From Nitrospirota bacterium (GTDB taxonomy: Bacteria; Nitrospirota; UBA9217), in assembly GCA_963840455.1 (NCBI GenBank), contig CAWIYV010000011.1, positions 608,001 through 672,000 of the forward strand: DNA of 64,000 nt, given 5' to 3'. Position 1 is the first letter of the stretch, and the number at the start of each line of letters is the position of its first letter. The notes under the pieces are model-generated. The model saw nothing but the letters and a program-made list of their open reading frames with translations. It was not told where the DNA came from and did no database searches. The position numbers and the translations under genes were made by a program. Of the stretch, positions 41,518 to 51,313 are shown one piece after another.

Positions 41518-41860
41518 TCATATCGCATCTCTTCCTCTTTCATTTGTTCTTATCTTCACTATTTCATCCACATTGATCACAAATATTTTTCCATCGCCCG
41601 TATTTCCCGTATGGGCAACTTTCTGAATCACGTTGACGACATCAGCAACCATCTCATCACGTACAACAACTTCTAGTTTTATTCGCGGAACAAATTCCAC
41701 CATCTCATATACGATCTTTGTCTTTCGCATTCTTGGCCCTGCTTTTACCGAACCCTTTGATTTCCGATATCGTTACGCCCGGCAACCCTTCAATTTTGTG
41801 CAGCTCTTCCGTTACCTCCAGCAATTTGAACGGTCTTATTATTGCTTTTATCTCTTTCAT
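41518..41860 (-). pseudogene. P-II family regulator with +1 frameshift
   Basis: MKEIKAIIRPFKL..GVTISEIKGFG from ATG 41860; C-terminal half (HTGNTGDGKIFV..IRTNERG..AI) in another frame; span of 343 bp is one base over a whole number of codons. Confidence 0.8.
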
Positions 41861-41952
41861 GGTTTTTTCCTGTCCTTTCATTGATTCATGGAGAAGAAGT
41901 CATTGAAGCTCCCTGCAGCAAGCTACGGGGAATGCGCTCGCTCCTGGATTCA

Positions 41953-44900
41953 TCACATTTCTGCTTCGACCTTTCTCTTTTCAAACCAGCTGTAAACCGA
42001 AGGGATAATCAACAACGTAAGCAGCGTTGAAGTAAACAACCCGCCCACAACAACGGTAGCCAATGGCTTTTGTATTTCAGAACCGGTTCCGCTGGCCAGC
42101 AGCATCGGCAGTAAACTGAAAATTGATATTGATGCCGTCATCAATACCGGCCTTAATCGGTCAAGGCTTCCCTTTCTGATCGCCTCCTGCAGTTCATGTC
42201 CTTCTTCCCGCAATTGCGAGATGCGTGATACCAGCACCAGCCCATTCAAAACAGCAACGCCAAAAAGAACGATAAATCCAACTGACGCCGGCACGGACAA
42301 ATATTGCCCGGACAGATAGAGAGAGAAGACCCCGCCGATGAGTGCAAACGGCAGGTTGGAAATAACCAGCAGTGACAGACTGACCGATCTGAACGATAAA
42401 TACAGGAGAAGCATGATCAGGCCTACGGCCGCGGGTCCGATGATCATCAGTTTGGTCATCGCTCTCTGCTGGTTCTCAAATTGCCCGCCCCACGTAAGAT
42501 AATAGCCGGCCGGTAGTTTGACCTGAGCACTGATCTTCTGTTTTGCTTCGGCAACAAAGCTGCCGATATCCCGGCCCGTGATGTTCAGTTCAATACCGAT
42601 CCGGCGCATCCCGTCCTGGCGGCTGATCTGGACCGGCCCTTCAATCATCTTCACTTCAGCCAGCTGTTCGAGCGGAATATTGATGCCGGTTTTCGCGGTA
42701 ATCATCAGGTTCTTGATTGCTTCCAGGGAATTGCGCTTCTCCTCCGGCAGGCGCACAGTGATGGGGAAGTTGCGGTTTTCCTCGTACAGCTGCGATGCCG
42801 CCTTGCCGGCTACGGCAATCTCGATCACCTTCTGTACTTCACTGATGTTCAGGCCATAGCGGGCGATCTTCGAGCGGTCGATGTTGACGGTCAGGTAGGG
42901 CTGCCCGGAAACCTTTTCCGCATTCAGATCGGTGCCGCCTCTGATCGTGGAAAGCACCTTGGCGATCTTCGCCGATTTTTCGCTGAGCGCATTGATATCT
43001 TCGCCAAAGAGCTTGAGGATCAGCTGCGCCCGGGTGCCTGCCACCAGTTCGTCGATGCGGCACTGGATCGGCTGGCTGAATCCGAAGGTGATCCCCGCGA
43101 TCGACTCCAGCGATTTCCGCATCTTATTGGTCAACTCTTCTTTTGATATGTCCCGTTTCCATTTGCTCTTCGGTTTGAAGATCCCCACGTAGCCGGTCTT
43201 GTCCGTGCCTCGCGTGTCCAGGGCGACCCCGGTCTGTCCGATTCGTCCCACGATGGTATCCAATTCCGGGAACTGCTTTAGCTTGTCGGCAGCCTGCTGA
43301 TTCACCTCCATCGCTTTTGCCAGGGAAACTCCGGGAAGCATGGACACATCCATATCGAAAGCGCCTTCATCCATGATCGGGATGAATTCCGTCCCCAGTC
43401 GGGTTACCAGAAAGAGCGAAGCGACCAGGAGAGCTCCCGCTATGCCCAACACCACCTGTTTCCTGTTCATGGCATAATCGAGCATCGGCAGATAGAGCCG
43501 GTTTGCATGCCGCATGATGAAGCTCTCCTTTGACCGGTGCGGTTTCAGGAACAGGATACAGAGTGCCGGTATGACGAATACCGAGAGGAACAGCGAGGCG
43601 AGCAGGGCGATGGCGACCGTGATCGCCAATGGCCCGAACATCTTTCCTTCGATCCCTTCCAGCGAAAGGATAGGGATGAAGGTGAGCGCAATGATCAGTT
43701 CGCCGAAGATGCTCGGTTTTCTGACCTCCATGACCGCCCTGAGCACCGTAAATATTTTGGGGTGTCGGGCCCCCTCGTCACTCAGGTGCCGCTGGACGTT
43801 TTCAACCTGGATAATGGCAGTGTCGATGATCATTCCTATGGATATGGCCAGCCCCCCGAGAGACATCAGGTTTGCGCTGATCCCCGTAAGCTTCATGACT
43901 ATGAACGTTGCCAGGAGCGACAACGGTAATGCAATGAGAACCACGATACTGCCCCTGATGCTGTTCAGCAGCAGATAGAGCACGATCAGGACCAGCAGGG
44001 AACCCTCGATCAGCGCCTTGTTTACGGTGCTGACGCTCGCTTTCACAATATCGCTTCTGTCGTAATAGGGGACAATCCTGATCCCATCCGGGAGCACGTT
44101 GTTTTCGTTGATCTCCTTGACCTTTTCCGCAACCCGCCGCACCACGTCGCGGCTGTTTTCGCCGCGCAGCATCATGACGATGCCGCCGACACATTCATCC
44201 TTGCCGTTCTTTATGGCAGCGCCCATGCGGACAGCCTCGCCGATCTTGACCTGGGCTACGTCGCGAATAGAGGTCGGCGTCCCACCCGCCGATTTCAGGA
44301 CGATGTTTTCGATGTCCTTTACATCCTTTATCAGCCCTACTCCGCGGACAATAAACTGGTCTGCACCGCGTTCGAGCAGGTTCCCGCCGACGTTTTCATT
44401 ATTATTTCCGATCGCCGAAAACACCTCTTCCACAGTTACGCGGTGCTGCAGCAGCTTTTCCGGCGACACGATCACCTGGTACTGCTTGAAATACCCGCCG
44501 AAGGAGTTGATCTCGTTCACCCCGGCGACACTCTTCAGCTGCGGTGTGATGATCCACTCCTGAATGGTCCTCAGGTTGGTCAGGTAGGGAATCTTCTCCC
44601 GCGGGTCATCCGGCATAGTGCCTTCAAGGGTATATTGATAGATCTCACCCATGGCCGTGCCGATAGGTCCCATGGCGACCTCGACTCCCTTCGGAACCTT
44701 TTCCCGTGCCTCCGCCAGCCGTTCGAATACCAGCTGCCTGGCAAAATAGATATCAACATCATCCTTGAAGACGATTGTTACGATCGAGAGCCCGAACTTC
44801 GTGACCGAACGCATCTGCTCGATATCGGGCAGGCCGCGCATTGCCATCTCGATCGGGTAGGTTACATTTCGTTCGATCTCTATTGCCGATAGTCCGTCCG

Positions 44901-45057
44901 CGTGGCTGACAACTTCGACCTGGATGTTCGTAACGTCCGGAAAAGCATCTATCGGCAATTTCCAATAGGAGTACAATCCGGTTGTTACTATCAGAAGCGA
45001 AAGGAATATGACCATCCCTTTCTGCTTCAGCGTATATTCGATAATTTTTTCCAGCAT
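41953..45057 (-). CDS. czcA: CzcA/CusA-family heavy-metal RND transporter
   Basis: LPIDAFPDVTNIQV, ANLMSLGGLAISIGMIID, RLRPVLMTA. Confidence 0.93.
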   Translation of the reverse strand: MLEKIIEYTLKQKGMVIFLSLLIVTTGLYSYWKLPIDAFPDVTNIQVEVVSHADGLSAIEIERNVTYPIEMAMRGLPDIEQMRSVTKFGLSIVTIVFKDDVDIYFARQLVFERLAEAREKVPKGVEVAMGPIGTAMGEIYQYTLEGTMPDDPREKIPYLTNLRTIQEWIITPQLKSVAGVNEINSFGGYFKQYQVIVSPEKLLQHRVTVEEVFSAIGNNNENVGGNLLERGADQFIVRGVGLIKDVKDIENIVLKSAGGTPTSIRDVAQVKIGEAVRMGAAIKNGKDECVGGIVMMLRGENSRDVVRRVAEKVKEINENNVLPDGIRIVPYYDRSDIVKASVSTVNKALIEGSLLVLIVLYLLLNSIRGSIVVLIALPLSLLATFIVMKLTGISANLMSLGGLAISIGMIIDTAIIQVENVQRHLSDEGARHPKIFTVLRAVMEVRKPSIFGELIIALTFIPILSLEGIEGKMFGPLAITVAIALLASLFLSVFVIPALCILFLKPHRSKESFIMRHANRLYLPMLDYAMNRKQVVLGIAGALLVASLFLVTRLGTEFIPIMDEGAFDMDVSMLPGVSLAKAMEVNQQAADKLKQFPELDTIVGRIGQTGVALDTRGTDKTGYVGIFKPKSKWKRDISKEELTNKMRKSLESIAGITFGFSQPIQCRIDELVAGTRAQLILKLFGEDINALSEKSAKIAKVLSTIRGGTDLNAEKVSGQPYLTVNIDRSKIARYGLNISEVQKVIEIAVAGKAASQLYEENRNFPITVRLPEEKRNSLEAIKNLMITAKTGINIPLEQLAEVKMIEGPVQISRQDGMRRIGIELNITGRDIGSFVAEAKQKISAQVKLPAGYYLTWGGQFENQQRAMTKLMIIGPAAVGLIMLLLYLSFRSVSLSLLVISNLPFALIGGVFSLYLSGQYLSVPASVGFIVLFGVAVLNGLVLVSRISQLREEGHELQEAIRKGSLDRLRPVLMTASISIFSLLPMLLASGTGSEIQKPLATVVVGGLFTSTLLTLLIIPSVYSWFEKRKVEAEM

Positions 45058-45088
45058 GATAGATGATCTCCCGCCCAGGAAAGGCTAA

Positions 45089-46381
45089 TTACTTGCCATG
45101 ACCATGTTCGTCGACGAGCTCGCCTTTTTTCAGCTCTGATTTGAGAATGAACGCGCCCTTGACGGCAACCGGCTCGCCCTTATTGAGTCCGCGAATTACT
45201 TCCAGACGCTTCCCCAACGTCCGGCCCACCGCTACCTCACGCATTTCGAACTTCTCCGGAGCGGTCTGAATGAAAACATAGTTCTTGGAACCGTCGAGAA
45301 AGACTGCCTCCTCAGGTATTATGATCGCTTTCTCCATCTGCATGCCCTTTGCGTCGATGGTCACGGTGGCGAACATGCCCGGTTTCAGGAGACGGTTCGC
45401 GTTCTCGACTTCCACGCGGGCCTTCACCGTTCGCGACTTTTCATCCATGATCTCGCCGAGATAGGATATAAAGCCCCGAAAGCTCTTCTCGGCATAGGCC
45501 GTTGTCGACACTTTGACCGCCGTACCCGACTTCACCCGCCCGAGATCTTTCTCGTAGATGTCTATGATCACCCAGAGCCTGGAGAGGTCGGCAACGATGA
45601 AGAGCGGTTTTTCGGGGCTCACGACTTCACCCTGTGTTGCCGTGCGCTCGATTACCGAACCGCTGATCGGCGAGGTCATAGCGATGAGCGGATGCTGATT
45701 ACCGCTCTGCTTGTTCCCGAACTGTTCGACATCAATCCCGAGCAGATGAAACTTCTCTTGCGCAAAGGTGAGGTCCGCCTCTGCCTCGGCCAGATCCTGT
45801 CGCGCCTTGATCACGTCCTTTTCCGGGGATATCTTCTTCGAGAACAAGGTTTCCTCGCGCTCAAGGTTCTTCCGCGCGAGTACGGCCCGGCCTTTCGCCT
45901 TCGCATATTCAGCCCATGCCTGCCCCAGCTCGGGGCTGTCGAACCAGGCAAGTGCCTGGCCGGTCTTTACCGCATCACCCTGGGACGCTACAATCTTCAC
46001 AAGCCGTCCCGAGGAGCGCGCGCTGATCTTCGCCACTCGGTCTCCGTCCAGCTCGATCGCGGCCGTCGCCTCGATGGGGGCTGAGAAAGGTTCCAGCGCT
46101 GCAGCCATAACTTCGACACCTGATGCCTTTTGCGCTTCTTCTGACAGGTGCACAACGGCTGCTTCCTCGCGGGTCTTTTCGTTTTCGTGCACCTCTGCAT
46201 GCTCCTTTTTTTCCGTCGATCCGTAAAACGACAGGACCGTGACGAGAAGTGCGATCGCACCAGCAGCTATGAGCGCTGATTTCCTGTTGCGCCGTGCTGT
46301 ATCTTCCATAGCTACCCATTTATCCCGGATCAATTCCTTCATGACCTTCATTTCTGGCTTCCTCCCGTTGCTTTTTCCCAT
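45089..46381 (-). CDS. czcB: CzcB-like RND periplasmic adaptor (start may be ~46350)
   Basis: Membrane-fusion-protein motifs SPISG.V, LF.VADLS.LW, LKPGMF; C-terminal HGH. Confidence 0.88.
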   Translation of the reverse strand: MGKSNGRKPEMKVMKELIRDKWVAMEDTARRNRKSALIAAGAIALLVTVLSFYGSTEKKEHAEVHENEKTREEAAVVHLSEEAQKASGVEVMAAALEPFSAPIEATAAIELDGDRVAKISARSSGRLVKIVASQGDAVKTGQALAWFDSPELGQAWAEYAKAKGRAVLARKNLEREETLFSKKISPEKDVIKARQDLAEAEADLTFAQEKFHLLGIDVEQFGNKQSGNQHPLIAMTSPISGSVIERTATQGEVVSPEKPLFIVADLSRLWVIIDIYEKDLGRVKSGTAVKVSTTAYAEKSFRGFISYLGEIMDEKSRTVKARVEVENANRLLKPGMFATVTIDAKGMQMEKAIIIPEEAVFLDGSKNYVFIQTAPEKFEMREVAVGRTLGKRLEVIRGLNKGEPVAVKGAFILKSELKKGELVDEHGHGK

Positions 46382-47574
46382 GCGTTCAGCGCAAGCTGCA
46401 GCCGAACCTGCGACTCCAAATAGGCGAACTGGGCGTCGATGGTGTCCTTCTGCGCGAGCCGCACCTCAAAGAACCCGAATTTCCCCTCTTTGAAGGCTAG
46501 GTTCATGAGGCTCAGGTTTTCCATGGCCTTGCCGAGAACATCTTTCTTGAACAGGTTCAGCTCTTCCACCGCTGCTATGAGATTCGCGTGGGCTTCTTCG
46601 ATCTCCCGGACCACGATCCTCTCCAGAGACGCCTGTCTGATCAGGGCCTGCCCGGCTTTGGCAGCAGCCTCCTTCCGGTCCGCCTGCTTCCGGTCGAAGA
46701 AAGGAAGTGGGAACGACAGCATTACGCCTGCCTCGTTCAGCCCGGTGTCGCGGTTATAGAAACCTGAGACGGTAACGCTCGGAATCGCCTCGCGACCCGC
46801 CAGCTTCATGGCCGCTTTTGCCTGCTGAACCTCTGCGGCGGCGGATTGTACGTCGGATCGCTGCGGAGCGTCCGCGTCCCGGATCTTCTCCCTGTCGGGA
46901 ATAGCCGGGGTTTCCGATGGAAGCTCGCCTTCAACAGTGAAATCGGCAGATGGTTTCATGCCGAGAACCTCCTGCAGGCCGAGCAGCGCTTCCCGCCGCT
47001 CCCGCTCCGCGAGCATGCGATCACGCCTTGCTTTGCCGAGCTCCACATCGGCCAGATTCTGTTCGAGCGCCGAAATATCGCCTGTCTGGAACTTAACTGT
47101 TGCCGAGGCGACCAGTTCCTCCTGGAGCTTTACCGCTTCCTCTGCCAGGTCTATTTTCCGCTTTGCAGCAAGGGCTCGCGCAAAGGCGTCCTTGACCGCT
47201 GCAATAAGGACGCGCTCTCTGTCTCGAATGTCCAGGAGCGCCTTCTCCCGACCGCTTCTGGCGGCGTCTACGCGCAGGCCTCGTTGTCCCGCCAGCTCGA
47301 ATTCCTGAGATAGTCGTACTTCATAGTTTTTGGCCTTCTCGCCGCCGTCCGGCAGCGTGTCCTTCCTGGACAGACTTCCCTCGATAACCGGATTGCTTCT
47401 GAGCAACAACCCTGCCTGATCAAGTCTACCCTGGGCAGTGTCCTTCTCCAACCGGACGGACTGAAGGTCGGGATTGTTTTTGAGCGCCGTGTCCACCGCT
47501 TCGCCGACTGTTATGGCAAAGACCGGCTGCGCAAACAGCAATAAACTGCACGCAAAAATAGACATCCGTGTCAT
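46348..47574 (-). CDS. czcC: CzcC/TolC-family outer-membrane factor
   Basis: ALKNNPDL, SQEFELAGQR, SFPLPFFDR motifs. Confidence 0.88.
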   Translation of the reverse strand: MTRMSIFACSLLLFAQPVFAITVGEAVDTALKNNPDLQSVRLEKDTAQGRLDQAGLLLRSNPVIEGSLSRKDTLPDGGEKAKNYEVRLSQEFELAGQRGLRVDAARSGREKALLDIRDRERVLIAAVKDAFARALAAKRKIDLAEEAVKLQEELVASATVKFQTGDISALEQNLADVELGKARRDRMLAERERREALLGLQEVLGMKPSADFTVEGELPSETPAIPDREKIRDADAPQRSDVQSAAAEVQQAKAAMKLAGREAIPSVTVSGFYNRDTGLNEAGVMLSFPLPFFDRKQADRKEAAAKAGQALIRQASLERIVVREIEEAHANLIAAVEELNLFKKDVLGKAMENLSLMNLAFKEGKFGFFEVRLAQKDTIDAQFAYLESQVRLQLALNAWEKATGGSQK

Positions 47575-47689
47575 GAGTACACCTCACTTCGATTCAATTA
47601 ATTAGGAAAAGGGGCGCGAGCGCGCAAACACACACCGCACGACAAAGGTCGCTCGGGCACGATACGGATCATTGATAACGCTGCGGGGG

Positions 47690-48049
47690 TTAATTCTGAG
47701 GTGGCTTGGCGATGGAATACGAAGGGTCTGAAAATGCGATTAGCTTCGGGAGATGGTTCGTGTGGATGATCATAGACGGAGCGCCGCACCACGTATTAAC
47801 CACTGTAGCGGCGGTGTTGGCGCAAACGGGGCAAAGATCTTGCGCAGCGCTTGTTTCTTGCTGAGCGGGTCGATCGGCGTCAGACGACGAGATATTGGCA
47901 TCAGAATGATGCACGTCATCCGTAAAGCGCTGTTGCATATCCCGAAGCGGGACGATGTCCGCACAGTCGTCGCATGCAACCGCGTCCACTATAGGTGCGG
48001 CAATAACGCTTACCAGAAGAGTGAGTATGAGAAGTGATTTCAGCTGCAT
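47690..48049 (-). CDS. Small exported Cys/His protein upstream of czcC (CzcI-like position)
   Basis: Signal peptide, CDDC, HH, CPVC, C-terminal KPP. Confidence 0.55.
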   Translation of the reverse strand: MQLKSLLILTLLVSVIAAPIVDAVACDDCADIVPLRDMQQRFTDDVHHSDANISSSDADRPAQQETSAAQDLCPVCANTAATVVNTWCGAPSMIIHTNHLPKLIAFSDPSYSIAKPPQN

Positions 48050-48205
48050 TAAGGTTGGATAATACGTCATTTTATCAAGCAACGCAATATCAAGTTAGGA
48101 TTATATTGGTCTTTATTATATCTATTGTAAAGCCTTAACGATGATAATTTATATCTAGGACGTGTGTGAAAGCCTCACAACTGGCGATTCAAATCCGAGT
48201 GGCAC

Positions 48206-48488
48206 ATACCCTCAAAATTACCCCAACTTGTGATTGCTGGAAGACAAAAAAAGAGCTAAATCCGTTAGGGACTTAGCTCTGGTCTCCATCTGAGTTCGAT
48301 GGAGACTTTCGGAAAAAATCAAAATAACACTATTATATCAAATAGTTATTGTGGAGGAGGTGGGAATTGAATTGTTTGTCCAACCGCTCGATATTCCGCG
48401 TATATATTTTCGCGATATTACGAGATACCCCAAATAGATACCCCATGAAAGCTGGATGTTGTAAGACATTGCTGGACTAATTCGGCTT
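48206..48488 (-). repeat. att junction J4: degenerate core 48349-48368 with conserved arms
   Basis: TTGTGGAGGAGGTGGGAATT (3 mismatches), perfect IHF consensus TATCAAATAGTTA 48336-48348, hairpins 48252-48280 and 48282-48306, TACCCC pairs on both sides. Confidence 0.87.
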
Positions 48489-48625
48489 TCATAGCTCATC
48501 GAGATATCGTATGGGCCTATGTTAGCGGAACGCGAGCAAAAGGTAGAGCGCGTTTGAGCGGAGCGAGAATAAACTACTAGTGTTGAAGTATTCTTTGACG
48601 ATTGAACCTTCTGTTCATAATTCTT

Positions 48626-48955
48626 TCAGTTGCTAATATCCATTCCTTGAAGTCTATCAATTTCGGCCTGTCCGTACCATTTAAGGCAGAAGTAAAGGGT
48701 TCTCATTAATACCCAGGCGCCGGCTAAATCAGAAAGAAGGTAATTGACAACCTGCCAATCCTTTGCAAGTTCGTACCAATCGCTTTCATCCCAGCAACGT
48801 ACACGAGGTGGAAGATATGCAGAAGACATATTTTGGGCCCACTGTTCGCGCGCGCTCTTTTCCGCATAGTTTGAGAGCGCAGTGATCAGCTCGCTTATCT
48901 TCCCGACGTCAGGCATAGACACTATGGTATTTTCCATTATACAGCTCCTGTCCAA
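48626..48955 (-). CDS. Hypothetical protein
   Basis: AT-rich ORF of about 103-109 aa with no recognised motif. Confidence 0.4.
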   Translation of the reverse strand: MDRSCIMENTIVSMPDVGKISELITALSNYAEKSAREQWAQNMSSAYLPPRVRCWDESDWYELAKDWQVVNYLLSDLAGAWVLMRTLYFCLKWYGQAEIDRLQGMDISN

Positions 48956-49212
48956 GCCGGCCCTGCTGCGATATTTGGCTTTCTGCTGACCGTAAAACTC
49001 GGCACGAATCGGTGTTGCCGAGAAGTCCTGGGAGTAGCCCTCGCATATCCACCGGTTTGTGCCAACCTATTATCGTTGTTAAATTACAGCTTCTTCCCTT
49101 CCGGCGTATTGTGGAAGAACAGTGGCTCGCTATACTTGTCCTTGCCAAAATCGCGGATGATTATCTATGCCTCTCTGCTCAGTAGCACTCGTCCCGGTAA
49201 CGGCCCAAAAAT

Positions 49213-49242
49213 CCCCTGAAGGGGTTTATGTCCCTTCAGGGG
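49213..49242 (-). terminator. Rho-independent terminator after the porin gene
   Basis: CCCCTGAAGGG/CCCTTCAGGGG stem followed by a T-tract on the minus strand. Confidence 0.72.
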
Positions 49243-49272
49243 CAATTGGGAAGCAACGATGAATCTTGCAAA

Positions 49273-50454
49273 TTAGAATATGTAATTGATGCCGAAGGAA
49301 ACCACGGACGGGTCTTCGCCGGCTCCCGGTGTGAATGAACCGCCTGGACCGGCTGTGCCGAGGCCGTAGGTGGCATTCGTTTCGTTTTTTGTCTGCGCAT
49401 ATAGGGCGTAGATGGTGGCGCGCTTTGACAAAGCATGGTCGATGCCTACCGCCATCCACGTAGCGCCCGTATTAGTAGCTGGGTTATCGCCGTCACTGGC
49501 ATTTGCATAGGCAATCTTGATCGTCTCTTTTCCGAATGTCTGGCTGGCCGCGATGTACCAGGCGTTACGGGTCTTGTCGGAGTTGGGTTTTTCGTCCTTG
49601 ATCATCTCGTATACCGCCGAGATCTTCGTGTTCCCGAAGGTAAGACCTGCGCCGAACTTTGTCCCCTTGTTCTCGGAACCGTCCGAATCCCAGGTCGTGT
49701 AGCCGTTCTTGTGGATCTCGTAGGCCGCCGAGAAATATACGGGCTTTGCGTCATAAACCACCGATGCGGACGATAGGCTCGCGCTGCCGAGGTTGTTGTT
49801 GTTCGATTCCGTTCCCGAACTCGTACCCGTACTCGTATTGGTATTCCCCGTCATGGAACGCGACAAGGCGAAACTAATGCCGCTCCACGAGGGCGAAAGA
49901 TACACGACCGAATCCTTCGCCCGGAGCTCGAAATTCGCCGTTCCGTTCACAGTCCCGATCACAGCGTTGTAGTCGCCCATGGAATCAACGAACAGGTCCA
50001 GCTTGCCCGTGGACGTCTTGTACGGGGTATCATAGATGCCGAGAAGCAGCGTGCCGGCGGCCTTATGGCTTAGTCCTAGGAAGGTGTTCCGGTAGGTGAT
50101 CTTGTCGATGTCCGTCGTCTTTGAAGTCACCGGACTGGGTGTTACACTCGAAACTACTGTTGTCTGCGTTCCGTCCAGGTTGACTTGCAGTTCTAATTGG
50201 AATACCGCGTTCAAGCCATTGCCAACGTCCTCTGAGCCTTTGAAACCGAGGCGCGACGAGTTGGTTGAGACCTTGTACAGCTTTTGGTCAGCCGGGGACT
50301 TCGCTCCTGTGTCGATCATGTCGTAAGACACCTTTGCTGCACCATAGATCTCGATGTTGCCTTTGACCGTCGGCGCGTCGCCTTCTGCCGCCAGCGCCAG
50401 GGAGCTAATACTTACAAAAACCGCTAGTGAAAGACCTGCTGCAAATTTCCTCAT
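49273..50454 (-). CDS. Gram-negative porin
   Basis: Signal peptide; SRLGFKGSEDVGNGL.AVFQLE, RNTFLGL, DHALSKRATIYA; C-terminal F. Confidence 0.92.
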   Translation of the reverse strand: MRKFAAGLSLAVFVSISSLALAAEGDAPTVKGNIEIYGAAKVSYDMIDTGAKSPADQKLYKVSTNSSRLGFKGSEDVGNGLNAVFQLELQVNLDGTQTTVVSSVTPSPVTSKTTDIDKITYRNTFLGLSHKAAGTLLLGIYDTPYKTSTGKLDLFVDSMGDYNAVIGTVNGTANFELRAKDSVVYLSPSWSGISFALSRSMTGNTNTSTGTSSGTESNNNNLGSASLSSASVVYDAKPVYFSAAYEIHKNGYTTWDSDGSENKGTKFGAGLTFGNTKISAVYEMIKDEKPNSDKTRNAWYIAASQTFGKETIKIAYANASDGDNPATNTGATWMAVGIDHALSKRATIYALYAQTKNETNATYGLGTAGPGGSFTPGAGEDPSVVSFGINYIF

Positions 50455-50547
50455 CGCGCAACCTCCTTAGATAAGATATTTCCACGTTCTTGCGAATAGC
50501 TTGACTGCAGAATATACGAAGTGTCAGTAACTACATTATTGATAAAG

Positions 50548-50571
50548 CGTTATATATCATAGGGAATAACG
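50548..50571. promoter_or_regulatory. ModE-like operator
   Basis: CGTTATAT-N8-GAATAACG resembles the ModE box CGnTATAT-N8-ATATAaCG; lies between the porin and divergent mop/transporter genes. Confidence 0.55.
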
Positions 50572-51027
50572 GTAGTCAAGCAAAAATGTGCCGGCAATTA
50601 CATGCGCTTCTTTCTAATTTGCCGTCCAGTGTGCAAAATTTTGTTTCGTCTCTTCCCTCTAATCGCAGCGTAAATGATATTTTCACTACGACATTGCGTC
50701 CATGATATAATTGGTGTTATACATAGTAGTCTGTTTTGGCTGGAGGTTCGATACAGTGGTTGCTGGAATGCTCGCATTCAGCGTTATTATTTTTTGGATA
50801 AGCGTTGCTATTAGCAAGCGGCGCGATAAAATGGAGAGGTCGGAAATTGCCACTTATATAGTGCTCATCGCTTGGGGATCGCTCTTATGGGGCTTATTTC
50901 TCATGAAATTCGCGAGATAGCCCTTGCATTGACGGGGTAGGATCGGAAGCTGCCACCAGTCTCTGATATTCAGCAAATGGTCCAAAGATTGATATTACAC
51001 AAATCATACTCATGAAGGAGGAACGCC

Positions 51028-51234
51028 ATGAAGTTAAGCACAAGAAATCAGATCAAAGGCAAGGTGATTGAGGTGAAGAAAGGTGCTGTCGCAGCAAAAG
51101 TGAAGATCGACATTGGCGGCGGTAACACGATCACATCCACGATCACGGCAGATGCTGTAAATGACCTCAAATTGAAGAAGGGTGATAAGGTTATCGCCCT
51201 TATCAAGGCCAGTAGTGTCATGATCGGCAAGTAG
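51028..51234 (+). CDS. mop: Molybdenum-pterin binding protein (Mop/TOBE)
   Basis: MKLSTRNQIKG..ITSTIT..V.DL.L..GD.V.ALIKASSV; strong RBS. Confidence 0.92.
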   Translation: MKLSTRNQIKGKVIEVKKGAVAAKVKIDIGGGNTITSTITADAVNDLKLKKGDKVIALIKASSVMIGK

Positions 51235-51313
51235 CACCTGCCCCAGCGAGGGTGATTTCTGCGGTTAAAGATATCACCTCGTTTTAGACAGCATCGGAGG
51301 ATGTCGTTCTGTC

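Noticed and set aside
48475-48530. GACTAAT...GTTAGCG as an attC site
   Set aside because: Pairing is poor, box spacing is not canonical, and the pattern is not reproduced at the other junctions.
50711-50920. 69-aa hydrophobic ORF
   Set aside because: TTG start without a clear RBS and no recognisable family; a small membrane protein cannot be excluded but is unsupported.
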